DNA of 64,000 bases from Chloroflexota bacterium (lineage in GTDB: Bacteria > Chloroflexota > UBA11872 > VXNJ01): assembly GCA_965261345.1 (NCBI GenBank), contig OZ253449.1, positions 288,001-352,000 on the forward strand, in the 5' to 3' direction. Both the position numbers and the translations under genes were made by a program. Of the stretch, positions 50,121-60,750 are shown one piece after another (within the stretch, counting starts at the first letter, position 1; each line of letters begins with the position of its first letter). The notes below the pieces were generated by a model. That model made no database searches. It was not told the origin of the DNA and saw only the letters and a list, made by a program, of their open reading frames with translations.

Positions 50121-52814
50121 ATGAACACCGATCCGGTGAGTGCCGCCAACGGCCAGTTTTCAATCGACGATCTCGAGTTGCACGATTGGACCCAGGCTCT
50201 CAAGGATGTCCTGCACGCGCGCGGCCCCGACCGGGTCAAGCGCTTACTGGAAGATCTGCAGATTTATGCCCAGCGCGCCGGGGTCTGGTCACCGGAAGCT
50301 CTAAACACCCCGTACGTGAACACGATTCCGGTCAACCTGCAGCCCGATTACCCCGGCAACCAGTCGCTGGAAAGGCGCATTAAGAGCTACATCCGCTGGA
50401 ATGCGATGGCCATGGTGGTGCGCTCTAACATGGCATCCGACGGCATCGGCGGCCACATTTCCACCTATGCCTCGGCCGCCACCCTCTATGAGGTCGCCCA
50501 GAATCACTTCTTCAAGGGCCCCGATCATCCCGAGGGCGGCGACATGGTCTATTTCCAGGGTCATTGCTCGCCCGGCATGTACGCCCGCGCCTACCTTGAG
50601 GGGCGCCTTTCCGAGTCGCACCTTAAGAATTTCCGCCGCGAGCTTCAAGACGAGCCTGGACTCTCTTCCTATCCGCACCCGTGGCTGATGCCCGAATTTT
50701 GGAATTTTCCGACCGTTTCGATGGGCCTCGGGCCGCTGATGTCGGTCTACCAGGCCCGTTTCATGCGCTACTTGCAGGCGCGCCAGCTCACCCCCGTATC
50801 CGACCGCAAGGTCTGGGCCTTTGTGGGCGACGGTGAAATCGACGAACCCGAGAGCCTGGCCGGAATTTCACTGGCCACCCGCGCCCGGCTCGACAACCTC
50901 ATCTGGGTCGTAAATTGCAACCTGCAGCGGCTCGACGGGCCGGTGCGGGGCAATTCCAAGATCATCCAGGAACTGGAGGCCATTTTCCGTGGGGCTGGCT
51001 GGCACGTTATCAAGGTGCTCTGGGGGTCCGATTGGGACGAGTTGTTCGAGCGTGACCAGCGCGGGGTGATCGCCCGTCGCCTGGGCGACGTGGTCGACGG
51101 CGATTTCCAGAAGTATTCGGTGTCCGACGGCGCTTACCTGCGCGAGCATTTCTGGAATTCCGACCCCGAACTGGCCGAGCTGGTGGCCGACAAGAGCGAC
51201 GACCAGCTGTGGCGACTGACTCTGGGTGGACACGACCCGATCAAGGTCTATGCCGCCTACTACCAGGCGCTGCGCAACCGGGGCGCGCCGACCGTGATCC
51301 TGGCCCGCACGATCAAGGGTTACGGTCTCGGCGAGGCGGGTGAGGGCCGCAACATCACCCACCAGCAGAAAAAACTCAATCAGGATGAGCTGATCGCTTT
51401 CCGCGATCGATTCGAAATTCCGATCTCGGACCGGATAGCCTCCGAAATCGACTTTCACCATCCCGGACCTGACAGCTCGGAGGCTATCTACTTACAGGAG
51501 CGCCGCCGTCAGCTTGGCGGTTTCGTCCCGGCGCGAACGGTCAAACCGAGCACCATCTCCGCCCCCGACGACCAGCTGATCGATGAATTCCTGCAGAGTT
51601 CGGGCGAGCGCACGGTGTCGACCACCATGGCCTACGTCCGCATCCTGACCAAGCTGCTGCGCGACCCGAAGCTGGGCCGCTACATCGTCCCGATCGTGCC
51701 GGACGAGGCACGCACCTTCGGGATGGAGGCGCTGTTCCGCCAATGCGGAATTTTTTCGCCGCTCGGGCAGCGTTACGACCCGGTCGATTCGGCCAGCCTG
51801 CTCTCCTATCGCGAGACCGTCGACGGGCAGATCCTGCAGGAGGGGATCAACGAGGCCGGAGCGATGGCCTCGTTCATTGCCGCCGGTACCGCGCTGAGCA
51901 ATTACGGCCAGCCGATGATCCCGTTCTTTACCCTCTATTCAATGTTCGGGATGCAACGGGTGGGCGATCTGGTTTGGGCGGCGGGCGACTCCCGCACGCG
52001 CGGCTTTCTGGTCGGCGGCACCGCCGGCAGGACCACCCTGGCCGGCGAGGGGCTCCAGCACCAGGACGGTCACAGTCATCTATTGGCCTCGGCCGTGCCC
52101 AATCTGCGCAGCTACGACCCTGCCTTTGCCTATGAGATTGCGGTGATCATCCAGGACGGCATCCGGCGGATGTTCCAGTGCGACGAGGAAATCTGGTACT
52201 ACCTCACTGTCGGCAACGAGAACTACGCTCAACCGGCAATGCCCACTTCCCCCGGCGTTAAGGAAGGGATCGTCAATGGCCTTTACAAGATTTCGCCATC
52301 GCCGATACCCGAGGCGCCACTGCAGGTCAACCTGCTGGGCAGCGGTGCGCTCCTCAACGAAGCACTGCTGGCCCAGACGCAGCTGGCCGAGCGGTTCGAC
52401 ATCGGATCCGATGTCTGGTCGGCAACCAGCCTGACCGGGCTGCGCCGGCAAGGCAACGCGGTCGAGCGTTGGAACATGCTCCACCCCAACCAGCCGCGCC
52501 GGGTGCCCTATGTTCGGCAGTGCCTGGGCGACGACCCGCGGGTCACGGTGGCGACATCAGATTATGTCAAGTCTCTCGCCGATTCGCTGGGTCGCTGGAT
52601 TCCCGGGCCGTTTGTCACCCTCGGTACCGACGGGTTCGGCCGCTCAGAAGCTCGGGCCGAGCTGCGCGATTTCTTCGAGGTTGATCATCGCTACGTGACC
52701 CTGGCGGCGCTCGGCGAACTGGCTCATCGCGGCGATATCGAATCCTCACTTGCCCGCGCCGCGATCGCCCACTTCGACCTGGACCCCGAAAAAGCCAACC
52801 CGGTGATCTCTTGA
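50121..52814 (+). CDS. aceE: Pyruvate dehydrogenase E1, homodimeric type
   Basis: GGHISTYAS, SSYPHPWLMP, PTVSMGLGP, GDGEIDEPES, NCNLQRLDGPV, GEGLQHQDG, LGTDGFGRS. Confidence 0.96.
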   Translation: MNTDPVSAANGQFSIDDLELHDWTQALKDVLHARGPDRVKRLLEDLQIYAQRAGVWSPEALNTPYVNTIPVNLQPDYPGNQSLERRIKSYIRWNAMAMVVRSNMASDGIGGHISTYASAATLYEVAQNHFFKGPDHPEGGDMVYFQGHCSPGMYARAYLEGRLSESHLKNFRRELQDEPGLSSYPHPWLMPEFWNFPTVSMGLGPLMSVYQARFMRYLQARQLTPVSDRKVWAFVGDGEIDEPESLAGISLATRARLDNLIWVVNCNLQRLDGPVRGNSKIIQELEAIFRGAGWHVIKVLWGSDWDELFERDQRGVIARRLGDVVDGDFQKYSVSDGAYLREHFWNSDPELAELVADKSDDQLWRLTLGGHDPIKVYAAYYQALRNRGAPTVILARTIKGYGLGEAGEGRNITHQQKKLNQDELIAFRDRFEIPISDRIASEIDFHHPGPDSSEAIYLQERRRQLGGFVPARTVKPSTISAPDDQLIDEFLQSSGERTVSTTMAYVRILTKLLRDPKLGRYIVPIVPDEARTFGMEALFRQCGIFSPLGQRYDPVDSASLLSYRETVDGQILQEGINEAGAMASFIAAGTALSNYGQPMIPFFTLYSMFGMQRVGDLVWAAGDSRTRGFLVGGTAGRTTLAGEGLQHQDGHSHLLASAVPNLRSYDPAFAYEIAVIIQDGIRRMFQCDEEIWYYLTVGNENYAQPAMPTSPGVKEGIVNGLYKISPSPIPEAPLQVNLLGSGALLNEALLAQTQLAERFDIGSDVWSATSLTGLRRQGNAVERWNMLHPNQPRRVPYVRQCLGDDPRVTVATSDYVKSLADSLGRWIPGPFVTLGTDGFGRSEARAELRDFFEVDHRYVTLAALGELAHRGDIESSLARAAIAHFDLDPEKANPVIS

Positions 52815-54121
52815 CCGGTAAACAACCCGTCAAGGCCGATCCGACCGTGGTGAGCGACCTAAAGATGCCCTCGCTGGGGGAGGGCGCCGGGGCCGCCGAC
52901 ATCCTCAAGGTGCTAGTTCGCGAAGGCGACCAGATCGCAATCGAACAGGCCGTAATCGAGGTAGAGACCGACAAAGCCACGGTGGAGGTGCCTTCGGAAT
53001 TGGCCGGCAAGGTGCTCAAGCTGCTGGTTGCCCCGGGTGACCAGATCACCACCGGGCAGGCGATCCTCTCGCTGGCCGCCGAGGCCGCGGCGCCGGCCGC
53101 CGCGCCGGCACCATCACCGGCCGGCCCAAGCGCCCAGCAGGCATCCCCATCCGCCCAAGCGGCAGGGACCGGTTACGGACGGGCACCGGTCCGCACCCCG
53201 CAGCCGGTGAGCTCGCCGTTGCCATCGCGGCCGCCGACCGGTAGCGGCCCCGTCTTCGCTTCGCCCAGCGTGCGTGGATTGGCCCGCGAAATCGGAGTTG
53301 ATATCTACGCGGTGGCTGGAAGCGGACCCAGCGGACGGATATCGGCCGACGACGTTAAGGCCCATGCCCGCCAGGCAGCGGTGTCCCACGCCTCCCGGGC
53401 GGCGACCGCCCAGCCGCCCGAATTGCCCGATTTTTCAGCCTATGGGCCGACTGAATCGGTAGAGCTCTCCCGCCTGCGACGCACCATCGCCCGCAACCTG
53501 GGCCAATCCTGGACCACCATCCCACATGTGACGCTGCATGCACGGGCGAATATTTCCGAGCTCCAGCGCCAACGGGCGCGCCTAAAAGAGACCGGAGCCA
53601 ATGCCAGTGTTACGGCGATCCTGATTCAAAAGGTGGTTGCCGCGTTGCAGGCCGAACCGGCCCTCAACGCCAGCTTCGACGCTTCGTCGGGGTCACTGGT
53701 CCACAAGCGGTACTGGAATATCGGTATAGCCGTGGATACCGATCGCGGCCTGGTTGTTCCGGTAGTCCGATCCGCCGAGGGCAAGGATCTTGCCCAATTG
53801 GCCGAAGAACTGGCCGATCTGGCCGGACGGGCGCGCCGCGCCCAGATAAAACCGGACGAGCTGACCGGCGCCAGTTTTACGATCACCAATCTGGGGACGC
53901 TTGGGATCGGTGAATTTACGCCGATCATCAATCCCCCGGAAGTGGCAATTCTCGGCGTCGGGACGGCAGAAACCATCCCGGTTTGGGCCGGCGGGGCATT
54001 CGCCCCGCAGCTGACGATTCCCCTTTCGCTGTCAATTGATCACCGCGCAGTCGACGGGGCCGACGGCGCGCGATTCCTCACCGCCCTAACCCAAGGACTA
54101 GCCGATCCGGGCCTGGTCTAA
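52811..54121 (+). CDS. aceF: Dihydrolipoamide acetyltransferase E2 (single lipoyl domain)
   Basis: VETDKAT lipoyl site, ASPSVRGLARE E3-binding domain, FTPIINPPEVAILG, DHRAVDGA. Confidence 0.93.
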   Translation: MTGKQPVKADPTVVSDLKMPSLGEGAGAADILKVLVREGDQIAIEQAVIEVETDKATVEVPSELAGKVLKLLVAPGDQITTGQAILSLAAEAAAPAAAPAPSPAGPSAQQASPSAQAAGTGYGRAPVRTPQPVSSPLPSRPPTGSGPVFASPSVRGLAREIGVDIYAVAGSGPSGRISADDVKAHARQAAVSHASRAATAQPPELPDFSAYGPTESVELSRLRRTIARNLGQSWTTIPHVTLHARANISELQRQRARLKETGANASVTAILIQKVVAALQAEPALNASFDASSGSLVHKRYWNIGIAVDTDRGLVVPVVRSAEGKDLAQLAEELADLAGRARRAQIKPDELTGASFTITNLGTLGIGEFTPIINPPEVAILGVGTAETIPVWAGGAFAPQLTIPLSLSIDHRAVDGADGARFLTALTQGLADPGLV

Positions 54122-54160
54122 CCAGCCATGCCGCCGGGGTCTACCGAAAAGAACTAACCA

Positions 54161-55576
54161 ATGAGCGAGCAGACTTTGCGAGTGGCCGTAATAGGCGGCG
54201 GTCCCGGCGGATATCCGGCGGCGTTTGCCGCCGCCCGGGCGGGATTCGACGTAACCCTAATTGATGAGAACGAACGCCTCGGCGGGGTTTGCCTGCGCTG
54301 CGGTTGCATCCCGTCTAAGACCCTGCTGCATGCTGCCGACATAATGGCCGCCGCGCGCGGCGCCAAGCAGTTCGGGATTGATTTCGGCCAGCCGGAAGTT
54401 GCGCTGGAAGGCCTATTGTCCTGGAAAGAAAAGGTGATCGACCGCATGGCCGGCGGGGTTGCAATGCTGGCGCGTCAACAAAAGGTGCGGGTAATTTGCG
54501 GACGGGCGCGTTTCGCCGGGCCCGGAAAACTGCAGATCACAGGTGAAAATCCCGAGCTGGTCGAATACGATCAGGCGATCATCGCAACCGGTTCGCAGCC
54601 GACCCGTTTGCCATTCTTTGACTATTCCGATGCGCGAATCCTGGACTCGACTTCGGCGCTAGACATCAAGGGCCCGCCGCGGCGCCTGCTGGTCGTCGGC
54701 GGCGGCTACATCGGCTTGGAGCTGGGCTCGGTATATGCCGCGCTGGGCACTAAGGTCTCAGTGGTGGAGATGACCGGCGGCCTGCTGCCGGGCGCCGACC
54801 GCGATCTAGTCCGGCCGCTGCAGCGCCGCCTGCAGGGAGAGTTCGCGCAAATCCTGTTGCGCACCAGAGTTACCGCCGCCAACGGTTTCCCGGGCGGCAT
54901 TCGGGTGGAATTTCGCGGCGAGGACAGCGATGTTCCGGCCGCCTGGTTCGATCAGGTCCTGGTGGCCGTCGGGCGGCGACCCAACAGCACTGGCCTGGGC
55001 CTGGAGGATGTCGGCGTCGAGCTCGACCGCCAGGGATTTATCCAGACCGACCTGCAACAGCGCACCACCAATCCCGAGATTCTTGCGATCGGCGACGTTG
55101 TCGGCGGTTCGATGCTGGCCCACAAGGCCACCGCCGAGGCCAAGGTCGCCATCGAGGTAATCGCCGGCCATCCCACGCACTTTGACCACGCCGCAATTCC
55201 GGCGGTCGTTTTTACCGACCCGGAAATCGCCTGGTGCGGCCTGACCGAGACCCAAGCGCGGGCCGAGGGCCGTGAGATCCGGATCGTGCGGTTCCCCTGG
55301 GCCGCGCTCGGGCGGGCCACCGCGATGGACCGGACCGAAGGCCTGACCAAGTTGATAATCGACCCGGTCGATGAACGGGTGCTGGGCGCCGGGATAGTTG
55401 GGGCCGGGGCCGGTGAACTCATCGCCGCCCAGGTGATCGCCATTGAAATGGGTGCGATAGCCAGCGAAATCGGACACGCGATCCATCCGCACCCCACGGT
55501 CTCCGAATCGCTCATGGAGGCATCCGAAGTTTTCTACGGGTCCAGCCCGCACTACCTGGGAAGAGTAGCCAAATGA
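54161..55576 (+). CDS. lpdA: Dihydrolipoyl dehydrogenase E3
   Basis: GGGPGG, GGVCLRCGCIPSK, GGGYIGLE, IHPHPTVSE. Confidence 0.96.
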   Translation: MSEQTLRVAVIGGGPGGYPAAFAAARAGFDVTLIDENERLGGVCLRCGCIPSKTLLHAADIMAAARGAKQFGIDFGQPEVALEGLLSWKEKVIDRMAGGVAMLARQQKVRVICGRARFAGPGKLQITGENPELVEYDQAIIATGSQPTRLPFFDYSDARILDSTSALDIKGPPRRLLVVGGGYIGLELGSVYAALGTKVSVVEMTGGLLPGADRDLVRPLQRRLQGEFAQILLRTRVTAANGFPGGIRVEFRGEDSDVPAAWFDQVLVAVGRRPNSTGLGLEDVGVELDRQGFIQTDLQQRTTNPEILAIGDVVGGSMLAHKATAEAKVAIEVIAGHPTHFDHAAIPAVVFTDPEIAWCGLTETQARAEGREIRIVRFPWAALGRATAMDRTEGLTKLIIDPVDERVLGAGIVGAGAGELIAAQVIAIEMGAIASEIGHAIHPHPTVSESLMEASEVFYGSSPHYLGRVAK

Positions 55577-56715
55577 TCCCAAATCTCGATCCGGCCGCCT
55601 GCCGCAATCGGCGCCGGCGCTTGCTCGAAGCGGTCAAGGGCGTCTCTCCGGAACTGGACGGACTGCTGATCGCGCGCCCTGAACACGTCTACTACCTGAC
55701 CGGATTCCTGCATGACCCGAACAACATTTCCAGCCGGGCGCCGCAGTATTTGCTAATCGACGCCGACGGGGCCGCCACGGTGTTCCTGGATGGGTTCGCG
55801 CGCGATCGCGACGGGGTCCTGGACGCAACCGGTTGCAGTGCCGTTAGTGCCCAATGGCAGGCCTTTGATCCGCTGGTGCCGCGCACCATCGCAACTGCGC
55901 GCGCGGTTGCGGCCGAACTCGAACGCCTCGGCATCGGCCACCTCGGTACCGAACCGGCTTGCGTCGCAGCCAAGGCGTTGCAACCGATTGCCCAGGTTTT
56001 CGACATAGAGCCGACCATCACCGCCATGCGGCGGCGCAAGGACCCGGACGAACTGGCGGTGATCAGGGCGGCGATCGCGGTAGGGGAACGATTTCACGGC
56101 GCGGCCCGTGAATTGGTCCGTCCCGGCGTTACTGAGGTTGAACTCTACGCCGAAGTCGTGGCCGAGGCCACCAAGCAGGCCGAGCAACCGATCGTGATGA
56201 TGTGCGATTTCCGGGCCGGTTCGCACATGCGTCTAGGTGGGACACCGACCAACCGGGTAATTGAGCGCGGTGACAACCTGCTGCTCGACATCTACCCCTA
56301 CATGAACGGTTACCGCTGCGATATCACCAATACCCTCAACGTTGGCGGCAACCCCAGCGCCCTGCAACAGAAAGCAATGGAGGCCGCCATTGCCGGGCTG
56401 CAGGCATCGGCAGCATTTGCCAGGCCGGGCGTTAGCGCACACGAAATTTTCGAGGTGCAAACCGACGCAATCGCCGAATTTGATTCGGGGTGGAAGAAGA
56501 TGCAGGGCCACGCCGGGCACGCCCTGGGCCTGGAACATCCCGAGGGCCCCGACTTTCGACCTGGCAACATGGAGACGATCACCGAGGGCGACGTGATCAC
56601 CTTTGAGCCGCATGTGTTCGGCGAGCCGTTCCAGGGCTGCCGAGTCGAGCACAACTATCTGGTTACGGCAGACGGGCTCGATTGCCTCTCACACCACCAG
56701 ATTGGGCTCTGTTAG
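55573..56715 (+). CDS. M24 family (Xaa-Pro) peptidase-like protein, translationally coupled to lpdA
   Basis: VYYLTGF, RRRKDPDEL, LDIYP..GYRCDITNT, HAGHALGL, FEP, RVEHNYLVT; ATGA overlap with the lpdA stop. Confidence 0.88.
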   Translation: MIPNLDPAACRNRRRRLLEAVKGVSPELDGLLIARPEHVYYLTGFLHDPNNISSRAPQYLLIDADGAATVFLDGFARDRDGVLDATGCSAVSAQWQAFDPLVPRTIATARAVAAELERLGIGHLGTEPACVAAKALQPIAQVFDIEPTITAMRRRKDPDELAVIRAAIAVGERFHGAARELVRPGVTEVELYAEVVAEATKQAEQPIVMMCDFRAGSHMRLGGTPTNRVIERGDNLLLDIYPYMNGYRCDITNTLNVGGNPSALQQKAMEAAIAGLQASAAFARPGVSAHEIFEVQTDAIAEFDSGWKKMQGHAGHALGLEHPEGPDFRPGNMETITEGDVITFEPHVFGEPFQGCRVEHNYLVTADGLDCLSHHQIGLC

Positions 56716-57226
56716 GCGATTGCGGGGCGCCTTCGCAAGCCAGAACCCTCCTTTCGAAAGCCGGTACCACCCTCCTTGCGGCAGGCCGCTTCGACGGCCT
56801 TTCGTTAAGCAGGCCAGGAGGCAAAAGATGGAGGGTTAATTGATCGGGCTTACGGTAGCCTGGCCTGCATATTTCACCGGCTCGGCTGATCGGGCCGAAT
56901 TAGGCTGATTTGTCGCCATGAACGACCGGCCGCGTCCATTGCGGCCGCCAGCCTATCCGAAAGCGCCCTTGGGGCGAAATCGGTTCACAAGTCCGTCGGC
57001 GCTGACATTGGTAATTGACAATAAGTAGGGAAAATTGCGGACTCACTCGATGCAGTGTGCACACCTCCGGAAGCGTGTTCGCTTGTTCGGGTGATGACTC
57101 TATATGCGGGCTGCGCGCTGGCAAGTCCCCGATGGCAGCCCGGGTGGGAAATGCGTGCCGTTTACTGGTCACAAAGAACAGGCAGCTATGCTCGGCACCG
57201 TACGCAATGTCAATGAAAGAGGTACC

Positions 57227-59329
57227 GTGAACGGCGACATCTCCTGGATCACGAATTTCATTTGGGGCATCGCGGATGACGTGCTGCGCGACCTCTATGT
57301 GCGCGGCAAATATCGCGATGTGATCCTACCGATGACAGTGCTCCGCCGACTTGACGTAGTGCTTGAACCGACGAGTGCCGCAGTGCTTGAGATGAAGCGG
57401 GCGCTTGATGAAGCGGGCATCGTCAATCAGGACGGGGCACTCCGACAGGCGGCCAGGCAGTCCTTCTACAACACCTCTGCGTTCACGATGCGGGACTTGC
57501 GAGCGCGGACGAGCCAGCAGCAGCTGCGCGCCGATTTTGGCGCCTACCTTGAAGGGTTCTCGCCGAACGTCCAGGAGATTCTCGACAGCTTCGAATTCCG
57601 CAATCAGATCCCGCGGCTCTCGCGGGCAGACGCGCTCGGCACACTGATCGAGAAGTTCACCGATCCGGCGATCGATCTGAGTCCAACCCCCGGCACGGGG
57701 ATCGACAACCACACAATGGGCACCATTTTCGAAGAGCTGGTGCGTCGCTTCAATGAGGAGAACAACGAGGAGGCCGGGGAGCACTGGACGCCCCGGGACG
57801 CCGTGCGGTTGATGGCGAACCTGGTGTTCCTGCCCGTTGCAGCCGACATCGAGTCCGGCACCTACTTGTTGTACGACGGCGCCTGTGGCACCGGTGGCAT
57901 GCTGACGGTCGCCGAGGAGACGCTCGAGCATTTGGCCGAGGAGCACGGCAAGGAAATCTCAGCGCACCTCTACGGTCAGGAGATCAACGCGGAGACGGCG
58001 GCGATTGCCAAGTCCGACTTTCTGCTCAAGGGGGAAGGGGATGCCGCCGACAACCTCGTCGGTGGGCCCGAGCACTCGACGCTCTCGAACGATGCGTTTA
58101 TGGCGCACGAGTTCGACTTCATGCTTTCCAATCCACCCTACGGAAAGAGTTGGAAGAGCGATCTCGAGCGGATGGGCGGCAAGGGCGGCATCCACGATCC
58201 CCGTTTCGTGATCCAGCACGCGGGCGATCCTGAGTACTCGTTGGTGACGCGTTCGAGCGACGGGCAAATGCTGTTTCTCGCCAACATGCTCTCAAAGATG
58301 AAGCACGGTACCAAGCTCGGCAGCCGCATCGCCGAGGTGCATAACGGCTCGTCGCTATTTACCGGCGACGCCGGGCAAGGCGAGAGCAACATCCGTCGTT
58401 GGATCATCGAGAACGACTGGCTCGAGGCAATCGTCGCGTTGCCGCTGAACATGTTCTACAACACCGGCATCGCTACTTATATATGGGTGCTGACGAATCG
58501 CAAGTCGGAGCGGCGTCGTGGCAAGGTGCAGCTGATCGACGCCACGCGGTGGCACAGTCCGCTGCGCAAGAACCTCGGCAACAAGAATTGCGAGCTCTCG
58601 GAAATTGACATCGCTCGGATCTGCGATGCCTTTCTCGGGCTCGAGGAGAGCGAGCAGTCTAAGTTTTTTCCGAACGCCGCCTTCGGCTATCAGAAGGTGA
58701 CCGTAGAGCGGCCACTGCGGCTCCGCGTTGATCTCGGCCCGGCGCGGCGGCGAGTATTCCGGGATGGATGCAGCATGGCGGGTGAGGAAGCGTTGGCGGA
58801 TCTTGTCGATGCCGCCACTGAACATCTCGGCGGTGGCTCATCCGACGACTTCAGCGCATTCCTTGACAAACTCGCGCCGCTGGCGCGCGCGGCGAGCCTG
58901 AAGCTGACTGCCAGGCGCAAGAAGCTTTTGAAAAGCAATCTGGCTGAGCGCGATGAGGCGGCGAGTCCGGTTGTCAAGAGGGTGCACCGAGCTGGGAGCG
59001 TTGCACCGGACCCACTGCGCGGTCTATTCGAAGTCACTTTGGCCGGCGTGGTGCGCGTCGTGGAGTACGAGCCGGACAGCGAACTGCGCGACAGCGAGCA
59101 GGTGCCGCTGCTCGAAGACGGCGGGATTGATGCGTTCTTCCGCCGTGAGGTGTTGCCCTATGCGCCAGACGCTTGGTTCGTCGCTTCTAGCGTCAAAGTC
59201 GGGTACGAGATCAGTTTCACACGTTACTTCTACAAGCCCGCGCTGCTGCGCCCCCTTGACGAGATCCGTGCCGAAATCCTCGCGCTCGAGCAGGAGACCG
59301 ATGGATTGCTCGCAGAGATCGTCGGGTGA
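57227..59329 (+). CDS. hsdM: Type I restriction-modification methyltransferase subunit
   Basis: FIWGIADDVLRD, GEHWTPRD, YDGACGTGGML, NPPYG, LFTGDAG.GES, FYNTGI; GAGG precedes GTG 57227. Confidence 0.95.
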   Translation: MNGDISWITNFIWGIADDVLRDLYVRGKYRDVILPMTVLRRLDVVLEPTSAAVLEMKRALDEAGIVNQDGALRQAARQSFYNTSAFTMRDLRARTSQQQLRADFGAYLEGFSPNVQEILDSFEFRNQIPRLSRADALGTLIEKFTDPAIDLSPTPGTGIDNHTMGTIFEELVRRFNEENNEEAGEHWTPRDAVRLMANLVFLPVAADIESGTYLLYDGACGTGGMLTVAEETLEHLAEEHGKEISAHLYGQEINAETAAIAKSDFLLKGEGDAADNLVGGPEHSTLSNDAFMAHEFDFMLSNPPYGKSWKSDLERMGGKGGIHDPRFVIQHAGDPEYSLVTRSSDGQMLFLANMLSKMKHGTKLGSRIAEVHNGSSLFTGDAGQGESNIRRWIIENDWLEAIVALPLNMFYNTGIATYIWVLTNRKSERRRGKVQLIDATRWHSPLRKNLGNKNCELSEIDIARICDAFLGLEESEQSKFFPNAAFGYQKVTVERPLRLRVDLGPARRRVFRDGCSMAGEEALADLVDAATEHLGGGSSDDFSAFLDKLAPLARAASLKLTARRKKLLKSNLAERDEAASPVVKRVHRAGSVAPDPLRGLFEVTLAGVVRVVEYEPDSELRDSEQVPLLEDGGIDAFFRREVLPYAPDAWFVASSVKVGYEISFTRYFYKPALLRPLDEIRAEILALEQETDGLLAEIVG

Positions 59330-60750
59330 CGCGCTTGATCGCTGGGGTAAATCCTTATCCGGCCATGAAGCCCGCGGGCGTGGAATGGCTGGGGGACGTG
59401 CCGGAGCACTGGGAGGTGCGGCGGCTCGTGACCTCGATCCAAGGATGCATCAATGGCATCTGGGGTAGTGAGTCTAACGGTCACCAGGATTTGCCTTGTG
59501 TACGTGTTGCAGACTTTGATCGAATGCGATTCAGAGTTAGGCTCGCTGAACCTACGATTCGAGCAATAACGCCGAAAGAGCGGAATCGTCGATTGTTACA
59601 GAATGGGGACTTACTCCTTGAGAAGTCCGGTGGAGGGGACTCGCAACCGGTCGGCGCAGTGATGCTGTACGACCACGATGTTGAGGCTGTCTGTTCGAAC
59701 TTCGTGGCCCGAATGCCAGTTGCCGTTGACTGTGACTCAGGCTTCTTGACATATCTTCACTCGCACTTGTACGCCATCCGCCTCAATGTTCGCTCGATCA
59801 AGCAAACCACTGGCATACAGAATATCGATTCCTCGTCATACCTAAGTGAACGCGTTGCCTTCCCGCCTTTCGGTGAGCAGGTTTCAATTGCCCGCTACCT
59901 CGACCACGTCGACCTGCGGATCAACCGCTACATCCGAGCGAAGCGACGCCTATTAGAACTGCTCACGGAGCAGAAGCAGGCGATCATCCACCGCGCCGTG
60001 ACACGTGGTCTTGACCCTGATGTGCGACTCAAACCCTCGGGCGTGGAGTGGCTGGGTCACATGCCGGAGCATTGGGACGTTGCTCGACTTGCCGAGACCG
60101 CCGCGTTGGTCAACGGGTTCCCTTTCGATTCGGAGCTCTTTGATCCGTCCAACGGCATTCCACTCGTGCGCATCCGGGACTTATTCAAAGAGAAGACTGC
60201 GGTCCGGTGGACTGGTGGCTCCATTCCTGAAGCTTCGATCGCGGACAGAGATGTCTTGATCGGTATGGATGGAGACTTCAACGTTGCTTGGTGGGACCGG
60301 GGGCCAGCATTGTTGAACCAGCGCCTTTGTTGCGTCCGAGCTCTGCCGTCCCGCGCGAGCCAACGTTATCTGTTCTATTGCCTGCGCTTCCCGCTCACGG
60401 CGTTGAACGAAGTCACCTACGCAACGACCGTGAAACACCTTTCCTCGTTGGATGTCCTTAAATTCCGCCTACCCCTTCCGCCTCTCCCTGAACAGACCGC
60501 CATCATCCGCTACCTCGACCGCGAGACTGCCAGAATCGATACTGCAATCGGCACTGCGCGCCGCGAGATCGCCTTATTCAATGAATACCAAACCCGCCTG
60601 ATCGCAGATGTGGTCACTGGTAAGCTCGACGTCAGGGAAGCGGCAGCCGCCCTGCCTGAGATCCACTCCACAGATCTCGAAGACATCATCAAAATCGACG
60701 AAGTGGCAACTGACGCGCTCGCCCCCGAACTTGCGGAATTCGCTACGTGA
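59326..60750 (+). CDS. hsdS: Type I restriction-modification specificity subunit
   Basis: Duplicated conserved regions KPAGVEWLGDVPEHW and KPSGVEWLGHMPEHW, PPxxEQ motifs, two variable target recognition domains, LIADVVTGKLDV. Confidence 0.95.
   Translation: MTRLIAGVNPYPAMKPAGVEWLGDVPEHWEVRRLVTSIQGCINGIWGSESNGHQDLPCVRVADFDRMRFRVRLAEPTIRAITPKERNRRLLQNGDLLLEKSGGGDSQPVGAVMLYDHDVEAVCSNFVARMPVAVDCDSGFLTYLHSHLYAIRLNVRSIKQTTGIQNIDSSSYLSERVAFPPFGEQVSIARYLDHVDLRINRYIRAKRRLLELLTEQKQAIIHRAVTRGLDPDVRLKPSGVEWLGHMPEHWDVARLAETAALVNGFPFDSELFDPSNGIPLVRIRDLFKEKTAVRWTGGSIPEASIADRDVLIGMDGDFNVAWWDRGPALLNQRLCCVRALPSRASQRYLFYCLRFPLTALNEVTYATTVKHLSSLDVLKFRLPLPPLPEQTAIIRYLDRETARIDTAIGTARREIALFNEYQTRLIADVVTGKLDVREAAAALPEIHSTDLEDIIKIDEVATDALAPELAEFAT

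Noticed and set aside
56840-56896. TGATCGGG occurring twice, identical to the IS256 target duplication
   Set aside because: No IRs or transposase between the copies, and GATCGG-type words are common in this sequence.
56970-57000. GGGGCGAAATCGGTTC resembling a tmRNA 5' end as an integration site
   Set aside because: Lacks the following conserved TTCGAC, and no tRNA-like 3' end or tag ORF was found.
57015-57045. TTGACA upstream of hsdM as a promoter
   Set aside because: No acceptable -10 hexamer at 16-18 bp spacing.
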